A stretch of 64,000 bases of DNA from Nitrososphaerota archaeon (GCA_016872015.1 VHBK01000001.1:38235-102234); one strand, 5' to 3'. Counted from the stretch's first letter, positions 10,442-20,154 are shown. Program-made: numbers and translations. The notes: generated by a model from the sequence alone, not told the origin.

Positions 10442-11386
10442 TTACATCTTGCCATCGATGATATCTTGTAGACACTGGATAACATCTTGTTTTGTCACTG
10501 GGTTTGGATTTGGATCCAAGTGGCCCTTGTCTGTCATTACTACGTCTGCTGCTTGGTCTAGTGGGGCTTTGAGTGACATTCTATCGAATTTTAGCTTTTC
10601 AATTACCTCTTTGAACTGCTCGTAGAAAATCGACTTGTTGAACTTGTGTGCAACTGTTGTACACGATGATAGTGAATATCCATGTGCCACGCCTTCGTTT
10701 GAGAAGACATAGGATAGCGCATGACCTAGTGTTGTGGAGCAGTTGCCAAATCCAATGCCTGATAACATCGAGCCATATGGATAGTTTTCCGGCTTGTCGT
10801 TGATGATTGCATCGTACAATACTTCAAATGCCTGCTTGCACATTGTTCTGGTGAATTCGTTTCCTAATTTCGAATCATAGCCTTCTGTTGCCTGTGCGCA
10901 TGCATCGCAGACAGAATTCTTGATGATTTGCTCTGGGGTGCCATCCATGAAATACGAGTCCACTACAGCTCTGTCTGCTAGGAATCTGTCCTCACGTAGC
11001 AGTTTTTTCTTGCCGTCGAATTTTAAGACGCAATATGTAGTCATTTCAGCTCCTGTTCCAAATGTGGTAGGGATTAGAATTTTTTCCAGCTTCATTTCTG
11101 CCGCAGAATATTTTGCAACATCTAGTGAGCTTCCACCGCCTAGTCCAATGATGCATGATGGATTCTTTGGCTTGAATTCTGCAATTACATTTTGTACTGT
11201 TTCAATTGATGGCTCTGGCTCCACTTTATCATATAACATGTAATCTTTGATGCCCATTTTACCAAGCCACTTTTGTGATATTGGTGGAGGTGCAGTTGTA
11301 ATTACTAGGGCATTTTTTGGATATTCTGCCTGAGATAATGCGTCTTTACCGAAATTGATTATTTTTGGAATTTTTACTGTGTGCAT
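10442..11386 (-). CDS. Iron-containing alcohol dehydrogenase; probable malonic semialdehyde reductase of the 3HP/4HB cycle
   Basis: GLGGGSSLD, IPTTFGTGAE, GHALS, HG motifs; closely resembles the thaumarchaeal enzyme as recalled (not searched). Confidence 0.8.
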   Translation of the reverse strand: MHTVKIPKIINFGKDALSQAEYPKNALVITTAPPPISQKWLGKMGIKDYMLYDKVEPEPSIETVQNVIAEFKPKNPSCIIGLGGGSSLDVAKYSAAEMKLEKILIPTTFGTGAEMTTYCVLKFDGKKKLLREDRFLADRAVVDSYFMDGTPEQIIKNSVCDACAQATEGYDSKLGNEFTRTMCKQAFEVLYDAIINDKPENYPYGSMLSGIGFGNCSTTLGHALSYVFSNEGVAHGYSLSSCTTVAHKFNKSIFYEQFKEVIEKLKFDRMSLKAPLDQAADVVMTDKGHLDPNPNPVTKQDVIQCLQDIIDGKM

Positions 11387-11412
11387 GTTTTGGTGATGTA
11401 TAATTTGAATAC

Positions 11413-12288
11413 TTATACCTTACACGATGAAATCAGCTCACCGATCATTCGAGATGCCAAATGCGATGTGACATCGTTTAGGTCGTGTGAGGGGCAGACT
11501 TCCATCAAATCAAATCCAATGATTCCTCTATTTGCTAGCTTTTTGATACTATACATGGCGTCTGGGGATTGCATTCCTATTGGGACTGGAACTGATACCC
11601 CTGGCGCAAATGATGGGTCCAAGCAGTCCATATCGAATGATACATAGACATTATCCTTTACTGTATCCAAAATTGTCTTGGTTACAGACTTGATGCCTGA
11701 TTCTATCACATCAAATGGAGTAATTACCTGAAGCTTGTGCTTTTTGATGTTATCTATCTCTTCTTGCTCTGGACTGCGAACTCCTATCTGGATGCTGGAC
11801 TTGATATTGATATGGTCAAGGCAGTCAGTGATTACCGAGCCGTAATAGTTTCTGGTATGGGAGACAAAGTCCGGGTGCGCATCAAAATACACTAGGGAGA
11901 TTTTGCCATGCTTTTTTGCCATGGCCTTGATAATATGGGCGGTGTTGGAATGATCCCCGCCAATAGATATTGGCAGTTTTTTAGAGGCAAGGATTTTTGC
12001 AAATGTTGATTCAATCTGCCGTTTTTTGATATTGCCATAGTCATGGATGCGACTCTTTCCTATTCCAAGTGTTGGCTGTGCTAAACACAATAATTTTTTT
12101 TCCACATAGATATCATTAGAATTTGAAATCTTTCTGATGTGATCTGGTGCAGCAGACGATCCTGTAAGTATTGCGTGCGATCCTGTCTCGTCTGGAATGC
12201 CAACCATAACAATATCAGAGTCATCATAGGACGAGTTTGCCCAGCAGATCTGTTTTTTATTCAATGAGGTAGATTGGCTACCATGCAA
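11413..12288 (-). CDS. Ureohydrolase (agmatinase/arginase family)
   Basis: GGDHS, DAHPD, SFDMDCLDP, E motifs; start may be TTG 12264. Confidence 0.9.
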   Translation of the reverse strand: MHGSQSTSLNKKQICWANSSYDDSDIVMVGIPDETGSHAILTGSSAAPDHIRKISNSNDIYVEKKLLCLAQPTLGIGKSRIHDYGNIKKRQIESTFAKILASKKLPISIGGDHSNTAHIIKAMAKKHGKISLVYFDAHPDFVSHTRNYYGSVITDCLDHINIKSSIQIGVRSPEQEEIDNIKKHKLQVITPFDVIESGIKSVTKTILDTVKDNVYVSFDMDCLDPSFAPGVSVPVPIGMQSPDAMYSIKKLANRGIIGFDLMEVCPSHDLNDVTSHLASRMIGELISSCKV

Positions 12289-12365
12289 AGCGAAGATAAC
12301 TCTTTCTCCTATTTTTATTTTAGAATGGTGCTAATCTATAAGCAAGGCAGGGCTTAAACCATTCA

Positions 12366-13601
12366 TTGAATGATGCACAAAAAATACTATGTGCAGGCCT
12401 AGATGCGGCAAGGCCTAGTCTGCATATTCCAAAATACATCACATCAGGCAAGCTTGTCTGCTCTGGAAAATCACACCGTGTATCGCAGTATGAACGGATA
12501 TGGCTTGTTGCAATGGGTAAAGCATCCGATACAATGGCAAAGGCAGCACATGATATCTTACATGCGGATGGCGGAATTGTAGTAATTCCAAAAAACAACA
12601 AATCTGTATTTTATAATAAAAAATTCCAAATTATTCATGCTGGACACCCAACACCAAATCAGAATTCTGTTATTGCTGCAAAAAAAATCATAACACTGTT
12701 GGAAAATGCTGGCAAAGATGACTTGGTTGTTTTTTTGATATCTGGAGGTGCATCAGCCTTGGTCTGCGCACCACAAGGAATTACTATACAGCAAAAAATC
12801 AAAACCACGAAAATCTTGCTGGAATCAGGCGCAGCAATATCTGAAATTAACGCAATCCGCAAGCACCTCTCAGGCGTAAAGGGGGGCAAAATGCTGGAAA
12901 ATCTACACTGTGACGCAATATCGTATGTAATGTCTGATGTAGTGGGTGATGACTTGGGCTCGATTGCCTCCGGGATGACATATTGCGACAAGACCACGTT
13001 TTCTGACTGCCTTGGCATAGTATCAAAACACAATCTGGGCAAAAAGCTGCCAAAGTCTGTTCTGATTCGATTACGCAATGGTACCAAAGGCAAAGCATCC
13101 GAGACTCCAAAAAAACCAAAGATTCCAAACCAAATCATTGCATCAAATTTTACCTGTCTTGGTGTTATGTCAAAAAAGGCAAAATCCCTTGGATACTCTG
13201 TTGTAGTATTTCCTAATGTGGCAGGAGATGTAGCGCTGGCAGCACAAAAAATTCTACGAAAATTCAAGTCTTCAAAAAAATCCTGTCTAATCTTTGGTGG
13301 AGAAACCACTGTCCAAGTCCGTGGAATGGGAAAAGGCGGCCGCAATCAGGAACTCGTACTGAATATGATTCCACAGTTGCCAGAAAAAACAATTGTTGCA
13401 TCAATTGGAACAGACGGAATTGACGGCAACACAAAACATGCGGGCGCAATATTTGATCATGCAATTGATTATGCTATAACAAAACCGTATTTGCAAAACA
13501 ATGACTCTAATTCGTTTTTTAAAAAATTTGGTGGTCTGATAAGGACAGGACCCACTCACACAAACCTGCAAGATATAGGAATAATACTACAACATAGATG
13601 A
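12366..13601 (+). CDS. Glycerate 2-kinase (MOFRL/TtuD family)
   Basis: GKAS, AGHPTP, LISGGASAL, GGETTV, GKGGRNQE, GTDGIDG, GPTHTN. Confidence 0.95.
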   Translation: MNDAQKILCAGLDAARPSLHIPKYITSGKLVCSGKSHRVSQYERIWLVAMGKASDTMAKAAHDILHADGGIVVIPKNNKSVFYNKKFQIIHAGHPTPNQNSVIAAKKIITLLENAGKDDLVVFLISGGASALVCAPQGITIQQKIKTTKILLESGAAISEINAIRKHLSGVKGGKMLENLHCDAISYVMSDVVGDDLGSIASGMTYCDKTTFSDCLGIVSKHNLGKKLPKSVLIRLRNGTKGKASETPKKPKIPNQIIASNFTCLGVMSKKAKSLGYSVVVFPNVAGDVALAAQKILRKFKSSKKSCLIFGGETTVQVRGMGKGGRNQELVLNMIPQLPEKTIVASIGTDGIDGNTKHAGAIFDHAIDYAITKPYLQNNDSNSFFKKFGGLIRTGPTHTNLQDIGIILQHR

Positions 13602-13967
13602 GCTGATGTTATCTTGACTTGATATCTTGGAATACTGGTAGACTAGGCCGCGTTGCTCTGCTAGCATATTGATGAATCTTTTCTTGCCCTCAATTAGTGG
13701 GTCTTGTGATTTCTCATCACTGGATAAATGTTTGATCATTTCGTCCGAGTCTAGCTGAATTTTTATTGTATCTCCATTTTTTATTATGAACACACCAATT
13801 CCCCAAAAAATTCCAACATGCAGTGCAATGTATTTTGACTGCAAATCAGTTACTTTGTCCAGATAAATGTCTGCGTGATCTCGGAACTGATCAGCTGTGG
13901 AATCGCCAGTCTGAATAGTCCAGCAAATTCTCTTTGCATTTCCGTCACAAAAAATCGTATGCATCAT
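13587..13967 (-). CDS. RNase HI-like protein, probably inactive
   Basis: IFCDG...T.LQSKYIALH...IQLDS...DN pattern; start reset to ATG 13967. Confidence 0.55.
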   Translation of the reverse strand: MMHTIFCDGNAKRICWTIQTGDSTADQFRDHADIYLDKVTDLQSKYIALHVGIFWGIGVFIIKNGDTIKIQLDSDEMIKHLSSDEKSQDPLIEGKKRFINMLAEQRGLVYQYSKISSQDNISSSML

Positions 13968-14043
13968 AGTCAACCAAAAAGGCGTTTTTTGTCTATATAA
14001 TTTGAATTCAGGTCTGAATAGTCTAGTGCAAAACCATACCGTA

Positions 14044-14250
14044 ATGCAAAAGTCCTTTGCCTTCTTTACCAGGATGGTCGACGAGCTGGTCCAGTTCTCC
14101 GACACTGATCCTGAACTAGCAGAAGGAATCAAGTGGCTTGATGCGCAGGCACAACAAAAAGGAATTACGTTTTACGAAATGGTATTCCAAGTTTTGTACA
14201 AGCATGACATAACAAATCGTGCACAACAATGGCTCAACACTAGAAACTAA
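14044..14250 (+). CDS. Small helical hypothetical protein (paralogue of 16404-16592)
   Basis: F.R.VDELV...P.L......D..AQ..G.TFY shared with 16404 ORF; start reset to ATG 14044. Confidence 0.75.
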   Translation: MQKSFAFFTRMVDELVQFSDTDPELAEGIKWLDAQAQQKGITFYEMVFQVLYKHDITNRAQQWLNTRN

Positions 14251-14538
14251 TTATATTCTGTTATCTCTTCCGTAGAGATTTTTGTGATCATCTAGATCTA
14301 TTAGCTGAATTATTTGTTCATCAATGAAAACGCGATACAGCAAACTATGTGATTTTGTTATGTGGATTGCATAACAATAACGAAATTTTCCATGTTTCAT
14401 CTCACCAAATTTCCTAGGATCGTCAGATTCTGCAAGTTCTGCAATTGTTCTCTTAAATCCATCAATTACCGTCTTGTCTGATTTGAATTTCTTTAATTTC
14501 TTTTCAAGATGATGAGAGTTAGAATCGATTTGCCACAA
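14251..14538 (-). CDS. Type II toxin, RelE/ParE superfamily
   Basis: 95 aa basic; ..LAESDDPRKFG..HG..Y......LLYRV......LIDLDDHKNLY. Confidence 0.8.
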   Translation of the reverse strand: MWQIDSNSHHLEKKLKKFKSDKTVIDGFKRTIAELAESDDPRKFGEMKHGKFRYCYAIHITKSHSLLYRVFIDEQIIQLIDLDDHKNLYGRDNRI

Positions 14539-14540
14539 AT

Positions 14541-14684
14541 TTACTTGGAAAGAGTTTCATCAACATGATTGAGAAATTCTTGAGCATTTTTGTATCGTTT
14601 TGTTTTAATTTTTCCAGAATCAATATCTTCTAGAACTTTTTCAATTTCTGGTTTGAGTTGAGTATCTTTTTCTGACTTTTGCAT
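14541..14684 (-). CDS. Putative cognate antitoxin (47 aa, not in ORF track)
   Basis: Hand translation MQKSEKDTQLKPEIEKVLEDIDSGKIKTKRYKNAQEFLNHVDETLSK; ends 2 nt before toxin TTG; TATA about 25 nt upstream. Confidence 0.7.
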   Translation of the reverse strand: MQKSEKDTQLKPEIEKVLEDIDSGKIKTKRYKNAQEFLNHVDETLSK

Positions 14685-14758
14685 CTGGTTTACTCAAGCA
14701 TGATTTCTATATAAAGAGAGGGTATAATATAATCACCAAACCCGACGCTTGCTTGTTG

Positions 14759-14926
14759 TTAGTCTGTTTTTGATTTTAATTCGCTGGCCTTTTTGAATTC
14801 CACTTTATGTTCTCCTGGAATGACTTTGACTTTTGGTTCTATTTGCAGCTTTGATTTTTTCTTTGTTTTTCCCGGCGCTTTTTTCTTTTTTGGTTTGCCG
14901 TAATCAGAATATCTAATCCAGACCAT
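14759..14926 (-). CDS. Small Lys-rich hypothetical protein (55 aa)
   Basis: MVWIRYSDYGKPKKKKAPGKTKKKSK...; start reset to ATG 14926. Confidence 0.6.
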   Translation of the reverse strand: MVWIRYSDYGKPKKKKAPGKTKKKSKLQIEPKVKVIPGEHKVEFKKASELKSKTD

Positions 14927-14951
14927 TGCATTTTGTATTGTATGCTGGTAA

Positions 14952-16118
14952 TTATTTTCTAAGATCGATTGGCTCGTACGTGCAGCCTTGCGGTCCGCAA
15001 TATTTGCCAACATATACTGCCTTTGGCCTATACAGTGCAGTCTTGGGTGCTGCCTGCGCAAATTTCTCCTCTATTACATGAGAAGTCCATCCAGCCACTC
15101 GAGATATTGCAAAGATTGGTGTGTTGAGGTCTGGTGGTATTTTTAGCATGTAATATAGTGATGCGGAATACAAGTCCACATTTGGATAAATATCGATTCC
15201 CTTTTGGCGCTTCATCTCGCGAATGGTAACCTCTTCTACTGCCTGGGTGATATCAAACCATGGCGCGCCTGTCTTTTTTGCCATTTTGTGAGATAACTCC
15301 TTGAGGACTTGTGCTCTTGGGTCATAGGTACGATACACTGCATGGCCCATGCCCATTATCTTTTGGCCATTGGTGATTCTCTCTTTGACCCATGACTCTG
15401 CATTATCTACAGTTTTGATATCTAGTAACATCTTCATTACCTCATAGTTTGCACCACCGTGCAATGGTCCGGACAATGCGCCAATTGCTGCACTGACTGC
15501 CGAATACATGTGCGCACCAGTTGATGCTACCTCGCGTGCTGCAAATGTGGACGCATTAAATGTGTGATCCGCATGCAACATCAGGCAAATATCAAAAATC
15601 CTCTCTGTTTCTGCGTCTGGCTTTTCTCCTACCAGCATGTTTAGAAAATTTGCCGCATGGGACAGTCTTGGGTCTGGGTCTACGATATCCTTGCTGCCTC
15701 GAACCCGCTCCCAGCTTGCAACTATGGTTGGCGTTTTTGATATTAGTGATATGGCGCTCTGATAGTTTACCTCCCGCTCGTTTGCACCCTTGTCGTCATA
15801 GTACCCTGACAGTGCAACTACAAATGCCTGCATCATTACCATCGGGTCTGCATTTTTCTTCCAGTTTCTCATGTTTGATTGCATTTGGCGAGGCATGTCG
15901 CGCGCATCAATTAGTCTTTGCTTGAATTCGTCAAACTCTGACTTTGTTGGGAGCTTGTCATTGAGTAGTAGATATGCAGTCTCCTCATAGGTAGAGTTTT
16001 TTGTAAGATCCAAAATGTCGTATCCACGATAAATCAGCTTGCCGTGCTCGCCGTCAATGTCGGATATTTTGGTGTCAGCTACTTCGACGTCTCGCAGGCC
16101 TATGTTTTTTGTCTCCAA
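14952..16118 (-). CDS. gltA: Citrate synthase
   Basis: LIYRGY, HADHTFNAST, GPLHGGAN, GMGHAVY, YPNVD; TTG start 16118 likely. Confidence 0.96.
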   Translation of the reverse strand: METKNIGLRDVEVADTKISDIDGEHGKLIYRGYDILDLTKNSTYEETAYLLLNDKLPTKSEFDEFKQRLIDARDMPRQMQSNMRNWKKNADPMVMMQAFVVALSGYYDDKGANEREVNYQSAISLISKTPTIVASWERVRGSKDIVDPDPRLSHAANFLNMLVGEKPDAETERIFDICLMLHADHTFNASTFAAREVASTGAHMYSAVSAAIGALSGPLHGGANYEVMKMLLDIKTVDNAESWVKERITNGQKIMGMGHAVYRTYDPRAQVLKELSHKMAKKTGAPWFDITQAVEEVTIREMKRQKGIDIYPNVDLYSASLYYMLKIPPDLNTPIFAISRVAGWTSHVIEEKFAQAAPKTALYRPKAVYVGKYCGPQGCTYEPIDLRK

Positions 16119-16403
16119 TTTGGCCTTTCTGCCCAAAATTTACCTATTAAGTTTATGCAGTGATTTTGCAAAATACTGAGAATTGTGATCAATCTTAAAT
16201 AATATTTTGACGTAACAATACTCCGGCGAGAAACTGCCATATCTGCGTCGTAGACTTGGCAGACAGGAAAACACATGTTATTGGAAAATACTATTTCGTT
16301 GTCGTTTTCCACCGTGTTCTCGTCTGTTTTTGTTTGATATGATATAGTAATTGGTCTAATCTGACAAAGCTGAATCCTATAGGTCTGTTTTTCATTATTT
16401 CTT

Positions 16404-16592
16404 ATGAGCCATATTGAGCGCGACTTTATGCGTCAGGTAGATGAATTGGTGCTGTCTGCCTCACCTCAACTGCAGGCAAAGCTTGCGGAAATCGACGTGG
16501 CAGCTCAAATGTCTGGCAGAACTTTTTATGATGTGTATTCTGCTTTATCCGATGAGGACAAGCGCCAGATTGTAATTCTGGCAAAAAAGTAA
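16404..16592 (+). CDS. Small helical hypothetical protein (paralogue of 14044-14250)
   Basis: 62 aa with shared motif. Confidence 0.7.
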   Translation: MSHIERDFMRQVDELVLSASPQLQAKLAEIDVAAQMSGRTFYDVYSALSDEDKRQIVILAKK

Positions 16593-16628
16593 TTTTGGTT
16601 TAAATTAGAGCCCAAAAACCGCACTCTT

Positions 16629-17633
16629 GTGGCAGCAAAAAAACCAGTCAAAAAAACCAAAGTCCTCTGCATTTCACACATGGAGGACGCAGACGGAATC
16701 AGCTCTGCCGCATTAATTCGAGAGGCGTTTGGCGGAGATACCATTCTAGTTGATTATCCTGGATTAATGCCAGCAATTGAAGCACTAGTCAATGATGAAA
16801 AGCTAAAGACACTATACATTTGTGATTTAGGCCTTGCAAAAAACAACCAGGACAAATTTGTCGAAGTGTTATCAACTCTGAGAAAACGCAAGGTAGCAGT
16901 TACCTATATTGATCACCACGATATCGACCCAGAAATTATCAAAAGACTGGAAAAGGCCAAAGTCAAAATTTATCATGACATCAATGAATGCACCACAGTC
17001 CAAGTATACGATGCATACAAAAAGAAACTATCTGACCATGCAACATTTGTTGCCACATGTGCAGCTATTACCGATTACATGGAGGACAGACCAAAGGGCG
17101 CAAAACTGCTCCAAATCTATGACGGGCAGTTTGCACTGATATCTGCCACCGTTATGACATACAACATAGTGGGACACCAAAAAGACCCCGACTATTTGTT
17201 GTATCTAGTAGAAATGTTATCCGAATCAAAATACCCGCATGAAATTCCAAACACGTTTGAATTTGCGCAAATCCAGGTGGGAAAGCTAGCAGAAATGATT
17301 GCCAAGGTCAAAAAGTCACTCAAAACAATGAAGAACCTTGGATACATGGAAATCATGGATGCCGGCGCATCTGGCGCAGTAAATTTCGTTTTGGGCCTAT
17401 CTGGAAAAGATGTTGGTGTTGCATACAAGGAGCGAGTAGACCATGGAATCTATGCTGTATCAATTCGAGGCTCTAAATCCTGCAAAATACACCTGGGAAG
17501 AATGGTAAACGGCCTTTCTGCAGAATTTGGCGGCTCTGGAGGAGGGCATGATAAGGCGTGTGGTGCAGTAATCCCAAAAGACAAGATTTTACCGTTTATC
17601 AAAGAGTTTAACGCAAGACTGAACCAAAAATAA
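16629..17633 (+). CDS. DHH/DHHA1 family phosphoesterase
   Basis: SHMEDADG, CDLG, IDHH, GGSGGGHDKACG. Confidence 0.92.
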   Translation: MAAKKPVKKTKVLCISHMEDADGISSAALIREAFGGDTILVDYPGLMPAIEALVNDEKLKTLYICDLGLAKNNQDKFVEVLSTLRKRKVAVTYIDHHDIDPEIIKRLEKAKVKIYHDINECTTVQVYDAYKKKLSDHATFVATCAAITDYMEDRPKGAKLLQIYDGQFALISATVMTYNIVGHQKDPDYLLYLVEMLSESKYPHEIPNTFEFAQIQVGKLAEMIAKVKKSLKTMKNLGYMEIMDAGASGAVNFVLGLSGKDVGVAYKERVDHGIYAVSIRGSKSCKIHLGRMVNGLSAEFGGSGGGHDKACGAVIPKDKILPFIKEFNARLNQK

Positions 17634-17635
17634 TT

Positions 17636-18103
17636 CTAGGAAAACTCGACAGTCATGTCGATTTCCACAGTAGAGTTTAGCGGAAGGCTGCTCACACCAA
17701 CTGCGATTCTGGAATGCTTTGCCTTTTCTCCAAATATGTTATAGAACAGATCCGATGCGGCATTGATTATCTTTGGGTGCTCGAAGAATTCTGACGTACA
17801 ATTTACAAATCCTGACACGCGAACAATCTTTGTGATTCTGTCCAGGTTGCCAAGATTTGCCTGGAGTTGTGCTAGTAGATTTATCGCGCATAATTTTGCC
17901 GCGGCCTGTGCTTCTTCTATTGATTTCTCAGAAGGGACTTTGCCTGTGTACTGGACTTTGCCGTCCTGCATTGGGATTTGTCCAGAGACAAATGCCAAAT
18001 TCCCCGATGTTACCACCGGAATGTAAGAGCCTGCCGGTTTTGGCGGTACTGGCAGTGTGATGTTTAGTTGCCTTAGTCTGTCTTCTATCATGGAATAATT
18101 CAA
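17636..18103 (-). CDS. RidA/YjgF family protein
   Basis: PAGSY, VSGQIP, HSRIAVGVSSLPLNSTVEID. Confidence 0.93.
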   Translation of the reverse strand: MNYSMIEDRLRQLNITLPVPPKPAGSYIPVVTSGNLAFVSGQIPMQDGKVQYTGKVPSEKSIEEAQAAAKLCAINLLAQLQANLGNLDRITKIVRVSGFVNCTSEFFEHPKIINAASDLFYNIFGEKAKHSRIAVGVSSLPLNSTVEIDMTVEFS

Positions 18104-18290
18104 AATCTTGGGAATTTATTGTTTTAAGATCTCGGAACGATGTGCTGAAAGTCGCATCGTTTGGCTTGCTTTGCGTGGCATCTGTAGTTTGATTTCTAAG
18201 TCGTCGTGTATGGTGTATATTTTGTAAATCGGTTTTGGAATGATCTCTACACTGAGATAATTGCGTGATTTTGGCTTAAAATGATTGTGT

Positions 18291-19442
18291 CTAATTTATC
18301 TTCAGGTGAATCATCTCGCCCTTGTGCGAGTCTGAATGGTATATCATCTTGGGGTGGTTGCCTTTTTGTTCCAAATAGCTTTCAATGAGCATTGCCCATG
18401 GTAGGGAATGACCAGAATTTACCTTTGATTCTAGAATTATGTTGTTTGTCTTTTCGTCATATTGGACTCGACCAGAGCAAGTCATCTCTAGTGTAGAGTT
18501 TACTATATCCAGTACTTGTTCTAGTGTTTTGTCCTTAAGTGAGATTCCTGATTTATCGAGGAATTTGGTAAAGTCGACAAATTTCTTTGAATTTAGTATA
18601 GAGTGCAGTGCAAAGCCCAAGCCATTTTGGTTGATAACGTTGATTATCTTGCAGACTTCGAGTGCCTGACTCTTTGTCATTTCTGATAGATTGTCGATTT
18701 TTAGGGCATCCTTCCACAGTTGAACAAATAATCTGGATTGGCTTGCACTGAGAATGTCTGTTGCAGAAAAGACTGCACCTCGGCCATTTGTGTTGTCAAT
18801 TAGCAAGATTTCAGAATCATCAAAGACAAAGCAGTTTTGCACAATTTCTGATGAGCGAATCTTTACACCGTCTGGAATATTCCTAAATGATTCCGAGCCA
18901 ATCACAGACACTGGAACAATTAGTCTGATATCGAGGTCGCGTCTTAACACTGATAGTAGTTCTTCCTTGCATTCCGCTAGAATGGACAAGCCCCAGGAAT
19001 CCGCTGTGATGTGAATCGACGTCTTTGCGCCGTCAATCATTGTTCTCATTCTGTCTGGGACATAGTTTGCGCCAAGGTGGAAGTACCGCTTTTCTTCTGC
19101 GCCTTGGGCCTTTTTGCCGTCCTCGCTGATTTTCTTTAATTTTGATACCAGAGTGTTCATTGCCTCTACTTTGCTGATTTGCTCGTGCACAATTTCATCA
19201 AATGCATCTTCTGGTGCAATTGCCGTGCACATTACCGGCTTTGATTTTGAAATTATGGCAAGTTTTTTCTGTTGCAGTTTTAGCAAAACTGGATAGACCT
19301 TGGTTCTAGGCAACTCTGCGTAATATGCGACATCGGATGCGGAAATCGTTCCCTTGGTGATTAGTGTGACATAGGCTCGAGCCTCATACTGTGATAATCC
19401 GAATTCTTCTAGGCTTACTGTAATTTCCCGTTCTTTTCCCAT
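18291..19442 (-). CDS. TrmB-family transcriptional regulator
   Basis: LEEFGLSQYEARAYVTL...LPRTKVY wHTH plus PLD-like effector domain; start reset to ATG 19442. Confidence 0.9.
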   Translation of the reverse strand: MGKEREITVSLEEFGLSQYEARAYVTLITKGTISASDVAYYAELPRTKVYPVLLKLQQKKLAIISKSKPVMCTAIAPEDAFDEIVHEQISKVEAMNTLVSKLKKISEDGKKAQGAEEKRYFHLGANYVPDRMRTMIDGAKTSIHITADSWGLSILAECKEELLSVLRRDLDIRLIVPVSVIGSESFRNIPDGVKIRSSEIVQNCFVFDDSEILLIDNTNGRGAVFSATDILSASQSRLFVQLWKDALKIDNLSEMTKSQALEVCKIINVINQNGLGFALHSILNSKKFVDFTKFLDKSGISLKDKTLEQVLDIVNSTLEMTCSGRVQYDEKTNNIILESKVNSGHSLPWAMLIESYLEQKGNHPKMIYHSDSHKGEMIHLKIN

Positions 19443-19591
19443 GCGCAGTCTTGGCGGTTTTCTAGTCAAGACCGTTTGTCAAATTCAGTAAACAATTAGA
19501 AAAAAACTGTAACCCCCGGGACTTGTTACCGCGGTTACGATAAAATCTGGGACACCGCGCTCATAAGCAAACGCCAGATCTGAAATTAGGT

Positions 19592-20143
19592 ATGGTCGCA
19601 AGCTCTGTATTTGTAAATGACACGGTCCATGTTTTGCCAAACCCGTATGCTATAACAATAAAGCCAAGACTGGAATACTGCATCCATGTCTCTGGTATGA
19701 TTCTAGAAAAACTGGAATCGGCACTAGGAGAAGTACACACTAAAAACCGCTCATTTTACTCACAAAACGATTCGCTAGAGGAGACTGGTTTTGAAAAGCA
19801 AATCGAAGCAGAAACTAATCTCATAATTGCAATAGAGGCAATAAAATCAATCAAAAATACATTATCTGGCATATCGCAAATTTCTGGAATTGTGCAGATT
19901 TGTCCCTTGATTTCATTAATCCGAATGATAAACTCGAATATCTACGGACTGGTTCACGCCACGCGACACGACTTGGTGGAACTATCGACTTCTTTGGGCA
20001 GCATTGTTATGGATTCGGGGTGTCTGTTGGAATCTAGGTTTGATTTTAAGCAGACCAACCTCGAATCCAAACAAATCCTAGATGAGCTTAATTTGATTGC
20101 CGAATCTAAAATCCGCAAGTTCTATCCTAATCTTAATTCCTAA
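19592..20143 (+). CDS. Divergent ESCRT-III (CdvB-like) paralogue
   Basis: IKPRLE N-terminal motif, helical core, E...ILDE...AE.K.RK.YPNL C-terminus; two genes upstream of vps4. Confidence 0.6.
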   Translation: MVASSVFVNDTVHVLPNPYAITIKPRLEYCIHVSGMILEKLESALGEVHTKNRSFYSQNDSLEETGFEKQIEAETNLIIAIEAIKSIKNTLSGISQISGIVQICPLISLIRMINSNIYGLVHATRHDLVELSTSLGSIVMDSGCLLESRFDFKQTNLESKQILDELNLIAESKIRKFYPNLNS

Positions 20144-20154
20144 AAAAACACACC

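Noticed and set aside
16100-16312. 70-aa minus-strand ORF upstream of gltA
   Set aside because: Overlaps the gltA promoter and start, no recognisable motif; the structured-RNA reading is preferred.
18130-18170. Hairpin AACGATGTG...CGCATCGTT between trmB and ridA
   Set aside because: Single short stem with no promoter or other support.
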